Positions 17,073-26,387 of a DNA stretch of 53,888 bases are shown piece after piece (position 1 is the first letter of the stretch; each line of letters starts with the position of its first letter). The position numbers and the translations under genes are program-made. The stretch lies in IMG/VR virus record IMGVR_UViG_3300031578_000046, positions 1 to 53,888 of that record; one strand, 5' to 3'. The notes beneath the pieces were generated by a model. It was not told where the DNA came from. It did no database searches and saw nothing but the letters and a program-made list of their open reading frames with translations. This DNA is from a virus (lineage: Duplodnaviria; Caudoviricetes).

Positions 17073-17448
17073 AGCAATCAGTTTGCCGAGCAGAGCAATC
17101 ATAATCACCGTGTTTACATATATTGTTTTCATTATTTGCACAAGCATTTGAGTAGCAAACCGAATTGCTAACAAGTTGTATAATTAATGCTTTGTTCTCG
17201 TCTGTAATTTTTGCCCACGCACACTTTTCTTTGTCAAGTCCGTACAAGGCATTGCTAATCTCATTGTTAATATCTTCCCACCTATCATCTTCCTCAATCT
17301 CCTGCTCTTCCTCACATCCGCATTGCCTGCATATAGTTGTGTTTAAATGCCACTTATTACTACATACACCATCGTTTAGGTCAAATATTGCTCCGCAATG
17401 CTCGCAGGGTGTTGGCATTTCCATTTGTTCTAAATCATATTCTTCCAT
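17071..17448 (-). CDS. Cassette gene, Cys-rich
   Basis: CEHC/CRQC; starts in attC loop, TAA at crossover. Confidence 0.6.
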   Translation of the reverse strand: MEEYDLEQMEMPTPCEHCGAIFDLNDGVCSNKWHLNTTICRQCGCEEEQEIEEDDRWEDINNEISNALYGLDKEKCAWAKITDENKALIIQLVSNSVCYSNACANNENNICKHGDYDCSARQTDC

Positions 17449-17529
17449 CGCTCGTAAATTTTAAAGTTTGTATCTCGTATTATCTTTTCTGCAAATTTGG
17501 TAAAGCGCACTAATCATACAACAGTACCG

Positions 17530-17841
17530 TTATGCCCCATTAGGCTTAACATCTTCTACTCTATATTTAAGTACTTCTGTTTCTGAAACACCGCAACACA
17601 CGCATCTAATTACATCTACTATTTCATCGTGCATTATTTCGGCTGCAGGGCTTTGTACTGGCACATCTACCCAAGTGTTACTACGTAGTCGCCCAATAAC
17701 TTTGTGTGTGTATTGTTCATTTTTACAGCCATGTCTTTTCTGCTCAATTATTCCGTAATCTCCAAAATCTAAAACGGGGCATAACAATGCATCATATTGC
17801 ATAGCCTCGTTGTTATCGGTAGTTTCGTTCTTTTTATTCAT
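17530..17841 (-). CDS. Cassette gene, hypothetical
   Basis: Starts in attC loop, TAA at crossover. Confidence 0.6.
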   Translation of the reverse strand: MNKKNETTDNNEAMQYDALLCPVLDFGDYGIIEQKRHGCKNEQYTHKVIGRLRSNTWVDVPVQSPAAEIMHDEIVDVIRCVCCGVSETEVLKYRVEDVKPNGA

Positions 17842-17913
17842 TTCAGTTTATATTTTAAGGTTTGTAATTCTAATCAAAAGGCTACGCAACATATGCTAGC
17901 CATTATCGGCAAC

Positions 17914-18624
17914 CTAAAAAGACAGCGTACCTTGTTTGATACTTTCTGAAATTCGTTTGATTGCCTTGTCAATATATTCTTTGTCGATTTCACACGCTGT
18001 TAAGTGTAAATTCATTTTATCTAATCGGTTTGCTTTATCAACTGCCAAAGCTATTGAGCCGCTCCCGAAATGGGTATCTAATATCTTCATTCCTTCGGTT
18101 GCGTAGTTTTTTAAAGTATAACTATACAAACATATTGGTTTTTGTGTGGGATGGAACGTGCCCCCTTCACGCACTAAAACAAGTGGATTTTTAGTATATT
18201 CACGCAAAGCCCTATTAAATGAAGTGTAAGCAAGTTCAGCATCGGAACTGCTAAAATTACCACGGTCTTTTCTCCATATAATCCAGCCCATCGAAGGCTT
18301 TAAATATTCCACCATATAGTTAGCTCCCCAAATTATTTGGTTTTTGCTTACTCTGTATAATTCTTTAAAGTAATCTTCTGTTGGTATGTTTGTATCCCAG
18401 CCTTTAAATTCGTGGGCTTTTCTTCCTCCGTGGCTTCCGCTTGTTTGTTTTGCACCATCATACCCAATCCCATAAGGTGGGTCAACAATAGCCAAATCAA
18501 AGTATTTATCAGGGTATTGCTTCATAATTTCCATACAATCAGCGTGGAAAAGAGAAAGAAAAGGCAGCCGATAACACTCGCTATATGCAATTTGGGGGTC
18601 GGTGGTATTCGTAAGTTCGTTCAT
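17914..18624 (-). CDS. DNA methyltransferase (N6-adenine/N4-cytosine, beta class), cassette gene
   Basis: DLAIVDPPY, HPTQKP, ILDTHFGSGS. Confidence 0.92.
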   Translation of the reverse strand: MNELTNTTDPQIAYSECYRLPFLSLFHADCMEIMKQYPDKYFDLAIVDPPYGIGYDGAKQTSGSHGGRKAHEFKGWDTNIPTEDYFKELYRVSKNQIIWGANYMVEYLKPSMGWIIWRKDRGNFSSSDAELAYTSFNRALREYTKNPLVLVREGGTFHPTQKPICLYSYTLKNYATEGMKILDTHFGSGSIALAVDKANRLDKMNLHLTACEIDKEYIDKAIKRISESIKQGTLSF

Positions 18625-18849
18625 TTAATTTACATTTGTTAAGTTTGATAGTGCAGTGCTTTTAATTCCCAAACTGCACATAGCGGAAACGTTAGCAATA
18701 ATTAGCCATCACACGCCATTCATTCTACTTTCAATGATTAGAAATCCATTCTACTATTTGGCGAACCCTCAAAGTTCTAATAAATTCCCTTTGTATTTTA
18801 AGCAAATTATACCTAATAATATTTGAATTATTTCCCATATTAATCCATA

Positions 18850-19188
18850 TTATAAATTGAAAGGTATGTTATTTTTCTCTAAATTCAAAATTATTTTGTT
18901 AAAAATAGCCTCATCAATTAATAAAATATCCATCATTACATCATTGAATAATGGTAATATTTCAATTGCATCTGTTATATTATTATCAAAAATATCATGA
19001 CATTGGTGATGTGCTAACCCTGTATTCAAATCCATACATTCATATTCTTTACTCTCAGATATTCTAATCTTATGGGCTAATTGACCATGACTTCCAATAA
19101 AATGGCCGCAAAAAATACAATAAGGCTCTTTTTCTATTAGCCACTTTTTACGTTTTGATTTCCAGTTTTTTATCTGATTATTTGTCAT
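18850..19188 (-). CDS. HNH-like endonuclease
   Basis: CIFCG...QLAH...NTGLAHHQCH. Confidence 0.55.
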   Translation of the reverse strand: MTNNQIKNWKSKRKKWLIEKEPYCIFCGHFIGSHGQLAHKIRISESKEYECMDLNTGLAHHQCHDIFDNNITDAIEILPLFNDVMMDILLIDEAIFNKIILNLEKNNIPFNL

Positions 19189-19640
19189 TATATAAAGTTT
19201 AAAATATCCCGTTCAAAATCCTCCATTGAAATATCTTTTAAAAAGTGTTTCAATATTACATCTAGAGATTTACTATAAATCTCGCTAAATTTATTATTAT
19301 CCATGCTTTTAAATGATATACTTCTTGCTTGCGGTATTGGATTACTATCCTCTTTTAATGTTGGGATTACATCAAATTCACCTATTAATATCATTATATA
19401 TTTTCTTATCTTATCAATATGGCCAAAATCAACCATTAAATTTTCCGGTAAATGATTAATAGTACAATTTAATAAAGCGAAGTACTTTCTATGAAAATCA
19501 ATATTCCTTTCTTTCCATGTTTCAATCTCACAATAATCGCCCTCATCTAATTTAAGTAACTTTTTAAAATTATCATCATTTATAGCACTAATTCCGGTCA
19601 TAAAAAATTCTAAGTTTTTTATTTGTAATTTAGCTTTCAT
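19188..19640 (-). CDS. DUF1367/NinB-like protein
   Basis: RNIDFHRKYFALL and RSISFKSMD...FSEIY. Confidence 0.7.
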   Translation of the reverse strand: MKAKLQIKNLEFFMTGISAINDDNFKKLLKLDEGDYCEIETWKERNIDFHRKYFALLNCTINHLPENLMVDFGHIDKIRKYIMILIGEFDVIPTLKEDSNPIPQARSISFKSMDNNKFSEIYSKSLDVILKHFLKDISMEDFERDILNFI

Positions 19641-19915
19641 AAATTAATAGTCTCTTTATGTTGGGATGATTTGAATATCATTATTTGCATTTTTTACGTT
19701 CAAGTTTTTTCATGTTCTTTATTTTAATTTATATGTTTTAAAGAATATAGCCCCATTTATTATATAGGAGGTTTTAGGTAGAGCATGTTGCGACTAGTAC
19801 GCAGAGCATGGATAAATGGCTAATGTTTTTCTCCCTAGGATTGAGAACTTCATGTTAGCCCCTGCTGCTATATTCATATTAATTTTTAGTTATTTTGTAG
19901 TCATTTTTTTTACTT

Positions 19916-20161
19916 TTAAACAATACCATCATCATTAGTTAATAGGTTTTTAATTAAATCGTCTCTTGTTTTAAAGATAAACTCCTCATTAATAATACAA
20001 GGGGAGTAATTTTCTTTAGTACCTTTATTTAAGTAATATTGTATATTCGCAATACCTTCATCTACGGTTATATCAATTTTAGTAATAGGTAAATGCCTTG
20101 CTTTACTTTGAATTATTACCCACACTTGTTGACCTTCGTTGAATTTAGTTTCAATTTTCAT
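19916..20161 (-). CDS. Hypothetical phage protein
   Basis: MKIETKFNEGQQVW start common in Bacteroidota phage proteins. Confidence 0.6.
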   Translation of the reverse strand: MKIETKFNEGQQVWVIIQSKARHLPITKIDITVDEGIANIQYYLNKGTKENYSPCIINEEFIFKTRDDLIKNLLTNDDGIV

Positions 20162-20296
20162 AATTTTAGTTTTTAGTTATTTTATAATTAATTTCATTGC
20201 TTTTTAATAGTCTTATTTTTCGAGTATCTAGCCTTTCAATGGCCCATCCCATTAATTGTTCTATCTGTTTTAAGTCGTCTTTAGTTTTCATAATAT

Positions 20297-21073
20297 TTAA
20301 AATAAAGTGTTATCAACATTTTCTTTTTTGAAACTTAATGGATATTCAAGTATTTTAGGATTAGCCTTTTTATTTGCCCTCCACCATAATTTTTGACAGT
20401 ATTCAAAATATTCATAATTTTCATCAATACTATTTTTCGACTCTTCTAATTTCCAACCCTTCCCCTGTATTACTTTGCCTGTTTTATCTTCGCCCCTGGT
20501 TGCAGCTTTTAAATGAAGTATTCCGGTTTTCTCAATCTTATAGTTAGGATTAAGCATATCCCATGCCTTAGCATAAGCCGCAATTTGTAAATAATGGCTA
20601 TCATAAACAGCATTACCTGACTTATAATCAATTAACCAAATTGAACCATTTAATTTGCATATCATATCAATTGTGCCGCCAAAACCTAGTTCATCTGATG
20701 CAAAAGAAAATTCATGAACTATAATTTCAGGATTATATTTAAACATAAATTCCATCGCCTTACAAAGAAGTACCCATTCATCCCATTTCCACAATTCAAC
20801 TTCATTATCATTCATATATTTTAATTGTCCTGTTTTAACAAATTGATCTATTCCGTTGTGTACATTACTCCCAATTTCACCAGCTTCTTTTAATATTTGC
20901 GAAGCATTCATCCCCACCTGTTTAAGCCAAATAGTAAAAGCAGCACCTTTTGGGTAGGCTTCAAGAAACGTTGTAACTGAGGGTAACCATGTACCCGGGT
21001 TTTTCTTTGATTCGTAGTAATGTTCGTCCGGAATTACTATCTTATTATTAAGATTGTCTATAAATTTATTCAT
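20297..21073 (-). CDS. PD-(D/E)XK exonuclease
   Basis: LPSVTT, GSNVH, GGTID...LIDYKS, QIAAY. Confidence 0.85.
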   Translation of the reverse strand: MNKFIDNLNNKIVIPDEHYYESKKNPGTWLPSVTTFLEAYPKGAAFTIWLKQVGMNASQILKEAGEIGSNVHNGIDQFVKTGQLKYMNDNEVELWKWDEWVLLCKAMEFMFKYNPEIIVHEFSFASDELGFGGTIDMICKLNGSIWLIDYKSGNAVYDSHYLQIAAYAKAWDMLNPNYKIEKTGILHLKAATRGEDKTGKVIQGKGWKLEESKNSIDENYEYFEYCQKLWWRANKKANPKILEYPLSFKKENVDNTLF

Positions 21074-21161
21074 TATTTTTTATTTTATTATAGAATAGTA
21101 TTTAAAAATTTCTTGTTTTATTTTCATTAAATTCAATATAAACATCCATACTTTTTTAAAC

Positions 21162-21674
21162 TTATTTATGAATTTTACCACCCGACAATTCACATAAAAA
21201 TTGAAGCACCATTTCTAATTCAGGATTTCTAAATGCAAAAGACAAATAATCAATTGGTTCTCTATAATGATAATCATTTAATCTAATGTGTTCACGACAA
21301 GCTTTTTCTGTTAAGAATGCATTTTCATATTTATCTGATAGCTCGTAATTTATTTTATAAAATCCCATATCTTCAAGTAATTCCTCTATTTCGCCTCCAT
21401 CTAAATTATTATACAACTCATTATCCTCTTTCGAATCGTTATCCCATTCTTTATATTCGAAAATAGTTTCCCTTATATCTTCATCAGTTTCAATTTTTGA
21501 ACCATCATAATACCATGCTTCAATTCCACAACCTTCAGCGGCGGCGACTTCTTCTTTTGTTTGTATTTGGAAGAAATAAGGCATTGCAGTACACCTATGA
21601 TTTTGTGTGTTTAATTCTTCAGATAAGTTCATTAAGAACTCATACATTTCATCATTTACTTTGATTGTTTTCAT
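21162..21674 (-). CDS. Hypothetical acidic phage protein
   Basis: Long ORF, co-oriented. Confidence 0.65.
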   Translation of the reverse strand: MKTIKVNDEMYEFLMNLSEELNTQNHRCTAMPYFFQIQTKEEVAAAEGCGIEAWYYDGSKIETDEDIRETIFEYKEWDNDSKEDNELYNNLDGGEIEELLEDMGFYKINYELSDKYENAFLTEKACREHIRLNDYHYREPIDYLSFAFRNPELEMVLQFLCELSGGKIHK

Positions 21675-21677
21675 TAT

Positions 21678-22046
21678 TTATTTTTTATTTAAATATTCAT
21701 AAAACTTTTCAGCAAGCGCAATTATATTTTCGGTTTTTACTTGTTGATCTGTAATTTTAATTGCGGTAATAGCACATTCAAGACTTATTTTTCTTTTTTC
21801 CAATGTCCAGTCTTTTTGAAATTTACCTCCGGATTTTTGATTTGGAATGTTGAAGATATATCTTTCTTCATTATTATAATCTTTTCGCTTCATGTCAACT
21901 TCAATTTCCTGACCAATTGGCAACCCTAAAAATAGAGTATCAAAAGCAGACCCTTTACGGCCATCTTCTAGCTCAATTTCAATTATTGGTTTTTCATTCC
22001 ATTTTTTACCGGAATCAATACAGTTTTTTATTTTTACTTTTTCCAT
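21678..22046 (-). CDS. Hypothetical protein (possible ssDNA-binding)
   Basis: Beta-rich N-terminus, near exonuclease; function inferred from position only. Confidence 0.5.
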   Translation of the reverse strand: MEKVKIKNCIDSGKKWNEKPIIEIELEDGRKGSAFDTLFLGLPIGQEIEVDMKRKDYNNEERYIFNIPNQKSGGKFQKDWTLEKRKISLECAITAIKITDQQVKTENIIALAEKFYEYLNKK

Positions 22047-22053
22047 AGTTTTA

Positions 22054-22248
22054 TTATTTAAATTTCCAAAATACGTCTAAATCTTGATTTATTTCTATTT
22101 CTTTTAATATTGTAATTTTAATAAATGCTAATGATTCAGGATTGTTCTTATAGTAAGATTCGGCTATTTGTTTAGCAATATTGCAGTCAGTCGTACTACA
22201 TTCTTTTTTATTTGTTAATATGTTTCTAAATTGGTATATCATGGACAT
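22054..22248 (-). CDS. Hypothetical protein
   Basis: ORF in operon. Confidence 0.5.
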   Translation of the reverse strand: MSMIYQFRNILTNKKECSTTDCNIAKQIAESYYKNNPESLAFIKITILKEIEINQDLDVFWKFK

Positions 22249-22562
22249 ATATATTTATAATTTTTAATATTAGTCTTCAATATATAATCCTTGTATGAAT
22301 TGGTTATTTCACTAATTATCAACTCAACATCACTTTCTGATATTGGATAACAATACTCAATTAGCCCTATTTCTTCTGCAAATTCACCGGCATCATATAT
22401 ACATTCTAATTGAATATCAATTTTTCTAATTCTATCCTGTATAAATATTCGATGAATAAAGCTTACCGCACTGTTAGATTTAATTTCGTGTGTTATATCC
22501 ACCTCTTTCATATTTAAACCATTTTCTAAAAATGATATAAATTGTTGGTAATTTTCAAACAT
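22239..22562 (-). CDS. Hypothetical protein
   Basis: ORF in operon. Confidence 0.55.
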   Translation of the reverse strand: MFENYQQFISFLENGLNMKEVDITHEIKSNSAVSFIHRIFIQDRIRKIDIQLECIYDAGEFAEEIGLIEYCYPISESDVELIISEITNSYKDYILKTNIKNYKYICP

Positions 22563-22773
22563 AGTTTTAAATTTTGGTTTCGTTTAAATAATAAATATAA
22601 GCCAAAAATTCTTTCATGATCTGATTATCATTTTCAGTTACTTCGCTGCCTGGTGATAATTGATAAAGTTTATTTAATTGTTTCATAGCTGTTTGTTTAA
22701 TTATATTTAAAGATAATTAATAATTTTTATAAAATATATGACTTTTATCATGTTTTGTTATTTATAATCATTA

Positions 22774-22828
22774 TTAATAATTATCAGTTACAAGTTTTAA
22801 ACAAATTAATAAGCGATCTATCAGTCAT
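22774..22828 (-). pseudogene. Internally deleted remnant of gene 4750..4980
   Basis: Sequence matching 4750-4778 is joined to sequence matching 4959-4980. Confidence 0.75.
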
Positions 22829-22837
22829 TTATATTTA

Positions 22838-22871
22838 GTTTAAAATTTTGAACTAACTTTATTCAATTGTT
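22838..22871 (+). other. attI-like array entry site, copy 3
   Basis: GTTTAAAATTTTGAACTAACTTTATTCAATT-GTT. Confidence 0.7.
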
Positions 22872-22879
22872 GTGCGCAA

Positions 22880-23170
22880 TTAAAACGCACCTTCCTGCTC
22901 AATTTCTTCTATCTTTAATTCAAGTTCATCCACATTTTCTGCTTCTTCAATACCCCATTGTCTTAGTTCGTCATTACTTGCCCTTAATTCTTCCAAATAA
23001 TCAATGCAACTTTCAAGTTCATAAGACATATCAGCGGCTGCGGAGTATAAATCATCGTATTCAAGTCCTTCTAACTCTCTGTCTTTATACAATACTTGCT
23101 TTATAGCTTTTATGTATTTATCAATATCAGGGCAAGTATGCTTTATCGGTTCTCTAATATGTGAAGCCAT
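22880..23170 (-). CDS. Cassette gene, coiled-coil phage protein
   Basis: HTCPDID...LEELRASNDELRQWG. Confidence 0.65.
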   Translation of the reverse strand: MASHIREPIKHTCPDIDKYIKAIKQVLYKDRELEGLEYDDLYSAAADMSYELESCIDYLEELRASNDELRQWGIEEAENVDELELKIEEIEQEGAF

Positions 23171-23314
23171 AATTAACTGCGCACAACACTAAATAAAACA
23201 AATAGCCGTGCTATGCGGTCTTTTTAAAGCTATTTGTAAGTTTGTAATATATTTAATCTTTGTAGCTATTATCTTGGGCTACTAGTTTTATTATTTACGT
23301 TAGCAACAAGCCTG

Positions 23315-23683
23315 CTATTCAAAGCATTTTTTATTCTTGTTGCATACGTGGTTTATTGGTCTTATAGTGCAATTACTAGCATTTTTGCAGGCCAGATTGC
23401 TAACACCAAATATATTTAATGCTTGGTTGGTGCTTTTAATAGGCATTTCGCCCTCACACACTTTTTGCAAAGCTTCTATATCTATCAAGTTTAGTTCTTC
23501 AGCAATACTATATGCTATCTCATACGTGCCTTTTGCTTTTTTGGGCTTATGGTTTCTAAACTCAATTTCTCTGCCTAACTCAAAGTCGTATCTCTTATCT
23601 GTAAAAGGCACTTGCTTCGTGTAGCTGTAATCAACTATTAGCTTCCTTTGGTGTCCATCAAATTTTATGTTATATATTGCCAT
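23315..23683 (-). CDS. Cassette gene, hypothetical
   Basis: Starts in attC loop (LNIFGVSN). Confidence 0.6.
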   Translation of the reverse strand: MAIYNIKFDGHQRKLIVDYSYTKQVPFTDKRYDFELGREIEFRNHKPKKAKGTYEIAYSIAEELNLIDIEALQKVCEGEMPIKSTNQALNIFGVSNLACKNASNCTIRPINHVCNKNKKCFE

Positions 23684-23757
23684 CGCTCTGTATTTTTATC
23701 GTTTGTACTATTAATTAAAGTTCGTGCTAATTTTACGCACTAAACATATTTTTTTCG

Positions 23758-23967
23758 TTAGCGGTCATTGTCGTTCTTTTTCAACCATCGCATAAATGAG
23801 TTAAACCCTGCATCTATTTCGGCTTCTGGGCTATATGGTGCAACTTCTCCTAAGTTTGTAGCTTTCCATTCATCTACCAATTTTTCTACTTTTTGGTAAA
23901 ACAACGAACCGCTAACACTAAATATAGGCAAATTGCCGTTTTTATTTGTTTCTTTATTTGTACTCAT
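23758..23967 (-). CDS. Cassette gene, hypothetical
   Basis: Starts in attC loop (LPIFSVSG), TAA at crossover. Confidence 0.6.
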   Translation of the reverse strand: MSTNKETNKNGNLPIFSVSGSLFYQKVEKLVDEWKATNLGEVAPYSPEAEIDAGFNSFMRWLKKNDNDR

Positions 23968-24031
23968 AGGTCAGTTTATTTTATTAAGTTTCTACTAATT
24001 TTCAAGGGCAATCAGCCCATATTATTTTCCA

Positions 24032-24220
24032 TTATAAACAATAAAAATATGACAGCATTGCCATTAATCCAACCACACCAATCATACCACAAATCACAGC
24101 AATTTTACCACCTATCATTAATCTTCTACCATGTTTTTCATTTTCAACCACCACTCCCCACACACGGTATTCTGGTTCAATGTGTATTATCTTACTTTCG
24201 TCAATTATTGGTTCTTTCAT
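24032..24220 (-). CDS. Cassette gene with TM helix
   Basis: TAA at crossover; hydrophobic C-terminus. Confidence 0.55.
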   Translation of the reverse strand: MKEPIIDESKIIHIEPEYRVWGVVVENEKHGRRLMIGGKIAVICGMIGVVGLMAMLSYFYCL

Positions 24221-24340
24221 GTTTTAAAAGTTTATAACAATATACATAGTTAATTTACCGTGCTTTATTGCTACATTGGTTTATAATTTAATCTTTATCT
24301 TTTTGTTGTTGCCTCAGTTTAAACGCACCTTACCCAAACG

Positions 24341-24613
24341 TTAACTTTTGCATTTTATGCATTTTTTATCAGAAATTGAATGTTCCTTTAGTGCTATAAA
24401 TGCCTTATTTTTTTCAATTGGACTTCCATTTTCATCGGTAAATTTACATTTTTCAATTTGAGTTACTATCTCACTTAAATATTCGTATTTCATAAAAAAA
24501 TCACGAATAAGTTTAGCACATTGCTTTACCATACTTCGACCTTCCTTTTTACAGGCTTCTTTAAATTTCTCTTTTTCCTCGTCTGTTACTTTTATTTTTT
24601 CTATGTATGCCAT
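24341..24613 (-). CDS. Ribbon-helix-helix-like protein
   Basis: EKIKVTDEEKEKFKEACKKEGRSMVKQCAKLIRDF. Confidence 0.5.
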   Translation of the reverse strand: MAYIEKIKVTDEEKEKFKEACKKEGRSMVKQCAKLIRDFFMKYEYLSEIVTQIEKCKFTDENGSPIEKNKAFIALKEHSISDKKCIKCKS

Positions 24614-24637
24614 AATTTTATAGTTTTTACCACCAAA

Positions 24638-24697
24638 AGCCCGAACGTTTCCGAACGGGCTGAAATCCTGCAAGAACTTTACAGGAAACTTGCAGGG
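24638..24697 (-). terminator. Tandem GC-rich hairpins (terminator-like)
   Basis: AGCCCG...CGGGCT followed by a U-run on the minus strand; second stem CCTGCAAG...CTTGCAGG. Confidence 0.5.
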
Positions 24698-24913
24698 TTA
24701 AAATATTCCTTCAATTCTATAATTTACAGTTGAACGAGCAAGTAAATTATCTATTTGAAATTCCAATTCATCATAATTTTCTGGCTCTTCTTCAAAGAAA
24801 TAACACCCAAATTCTGAATTCCATTCAGTATAAAAATCAGAGTTTGCAATAGCTTCGTGAATAACTCTTTCTGCATCCTTTGTACTTGGAGTTAATTGTA
24901 GTCCTGTTTTCAT
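24698..24913 (-). CDS. Hypothetical acidic protein (probable early gene)
   Basis: ORF with repeated leader sequence. Confidence 0.6.
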   Translation of the reverse strand: MKTGLQLTPSTKDAERVIHEAIANSDFYTEWNSEFGCYFFEEEPENYDELEFQIDNLLARSTVNYRIEGIF

Positions 24914-25027
24914 TTTGTAAAGTTTTTAGTTAATAATTATTTGTTTTATTAATTATAACGTCTAAATTACGTATAAGTTTTAATATATTATATGACTTTT
25001 GTCATGTTTTGTTATTTATAACCATTA

Positions 25028-25082
25028 TTAATAATTATCAGTTACAAGTTTTAAACAAATTAATAAGCGATCTATCAGTCAT
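25028..25082 (-). pseudogene. Second deleted remnant of gene 4750..4980
   Basis: Same deletion junction as 22774-22828. Confidence 0.75.
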
Positions 25083-25091
25083 TTATATTTA

Positions 25092-25125
25092 GTTTAAATT
25101 TTTGAACTGACTTTATTCAATTGTT
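25092..25125 (+). other. attI-like array entry site, copy 4
   Basis: GTTTAAATTTTTGAACTGACTTTATTCAATT-GTT. Confidence 0.7.
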
Positions 25126-25280
25126 ATCGTTCATTGCCGTGAAAAGGCAGTGTTTAAAACGAATAGAAAGAAGCACGGCAACGAAAACGATAACAATGCG
25201 TAAATTCCATGCTTACTTTCTACCTCGTTTCTAAGTCGGTGGGTAATCGAGCAATTAAAAATAAAAGCCCTCACACCGTT

Positions 25281-25511
25281 CTAATCAACTTCGGTAAAAT
25301 CTACATAATAAGTTTTACCAGGAACTAAATAATCTTTGGCAACTGCATTTTTATCAACCTGTATGGTTATGTTACCAGACGGTGTCGCTTCTGCAAACTG
25401 ATTATTTTCCTCGTTGTCTTTGTCATTAGTTCCGTAAACCGCTGACAATTTTGCCTCTTTGTTTCCATAACTGTATTCAGTTACAGAATCGCAATTAAAT
25501 TTTGCTCTCAT
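25281..25511 (-). CDS. Conserved-looking small phage protein inside an attC loop
   Basis: MRAKFNC...EENNQFAEATPSG...YYVDF. Confidence 0.65.
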   Translation of the reverse strand: MRAKFNCDSVTEYSYGNKEAKLSAVYGTNDKDNEENNQFAEATPSGNITIQVDKNAVAKDYLVPGKTYYVDFTEVD

Positions 25512-25638
25512 TTGTAAAGTATTTATTATTTGGGTACTCTATTAAAAGTTTTCCCCTTCCCTTTTTTATTTTTAATTTGTTCTCGTTTCAACTTCATCGG
25601 TTATTCCGCACGTAACTTACGCTAATCATTATATGGCA

Positions 25639-25821
25639 TTAAAGAGCAAGTTCACAAGCCTTACTTCCGTCTTTTAATCTTAAGCAGAATTTACAGTGTT
25701 TATACTTTGGTAAGTTACACCAACTACTATCAGCGTGTGGGCATTTATCATTATTATGGTCGTAGTCTTTATTAACGCCATATAACACGCTGTCATAGGT
25801 AATTTTGCTATCTTTTTTCAT
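25639..25821 (-). CDS. Cassette gene, Cys-rich
   Basis: Starts in attC loop. Confidence 0.5.
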   Translation of the reverse strand: MKKDSKITYDSVLYGVNKDYDHNNDKCPHADSSWCNLPKYKHCKFCLRLKDGSKACELAL

Positions 25822-25913
25822 CTTTAGTATGTATTTATAAGTTTGTAATTCTAATTAATTTTAGTGCTGTTTGTAGGGCAAAACTACCCATACAGCCATT
25901 CATTAGCCGTAAT

Positions 25914-26351
25914 TTAAACGACCGTTGTAACTGTATAGTCTTTCATTACTATTTGAAAATCTTTGACAGGGTATTTACCAGACCCACCAAGTTTTTCAAT
26001 TAATGAAAGCACTTCATCGGTTAATATTTCTCGTTCAATTTCGGAAATATTTAAACCCTTTACTCGTTCCATATATCTAATAATAGCGTGTTCTGAAACT
26101 TTAACATTACTGTTATTGTTAAATGAATTAATAGTTTCTTTTAATTTAGTTATTGCCTGTAATTTTTGATTGTATTCTCGTTGTTTATTAGCAACTTCAA
26201 TTTTCAAAACTTCGGCATCTCCAATCATTATATTTAATTGAGATTGTAATTGTTTTATTTTTCGTATATCATTCATAATAAATAAACTACGGCTAACACG
26301 GTATATATGCCATGCGCCAATTAGTGTCGTGCTATTATTTAAGTTTGTCAT
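25914..26351 (-). CDS. Cassette gene, coiled coil plus VSEHAIIRY domain
   Basis: ORF; start either in the attC loop or at MNDIRK. Confidence 0.65.
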   Translation of the reverse strand: MTNLNNSTTLIGAWHIYRVSRSLFIMNDIRKIKQLQSQLNIMIGDAEVLKIEVANKQREYNQKLQAITKLKETINSFNNNSNVKVSEHAIIRYMERVKGLNISEIEREILTDEVLSLIEKLGGSGKYPVKDFQIVMKDYTVTTVV

Positions 26352-26387
26352 GGGCGCACGTCACATATACCCATCCGTTAGGTTTAA

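Larger units (their letters stand above)
17070..18697 (+). mobile_element. Integron-like cassette array 2
   Basis: attC-like sites 17166-17535, 17779-17908, 18569-18697. Confidence 0.8.
22735..22871 (+). repeat. 137-bp direct repeat, copy A (gene remnant plus attI-like site)
   Basis: Near-identical to 24989-25125. Confidence 0.9.
22869..24346 (+). mobile_element. Integron-like cassette array 3
   Basis: attC-like sites 23181-23305, 23398-23763, 23910-24037, and hybrid-looking 24232-24346. Confidence 0.8.
24989..25125 (+). repeat. 137-bp direct repeat, copy B
   Basis: Near-identical to 22735-22871. Confidence 0.9.

Noticed and set aside
20297-21073. Cas4 of a CRISPR system
   Set aside because: No Fe-S cysteine cluster or cas context; fits a phage PD-(D/E)XK exonuclease.
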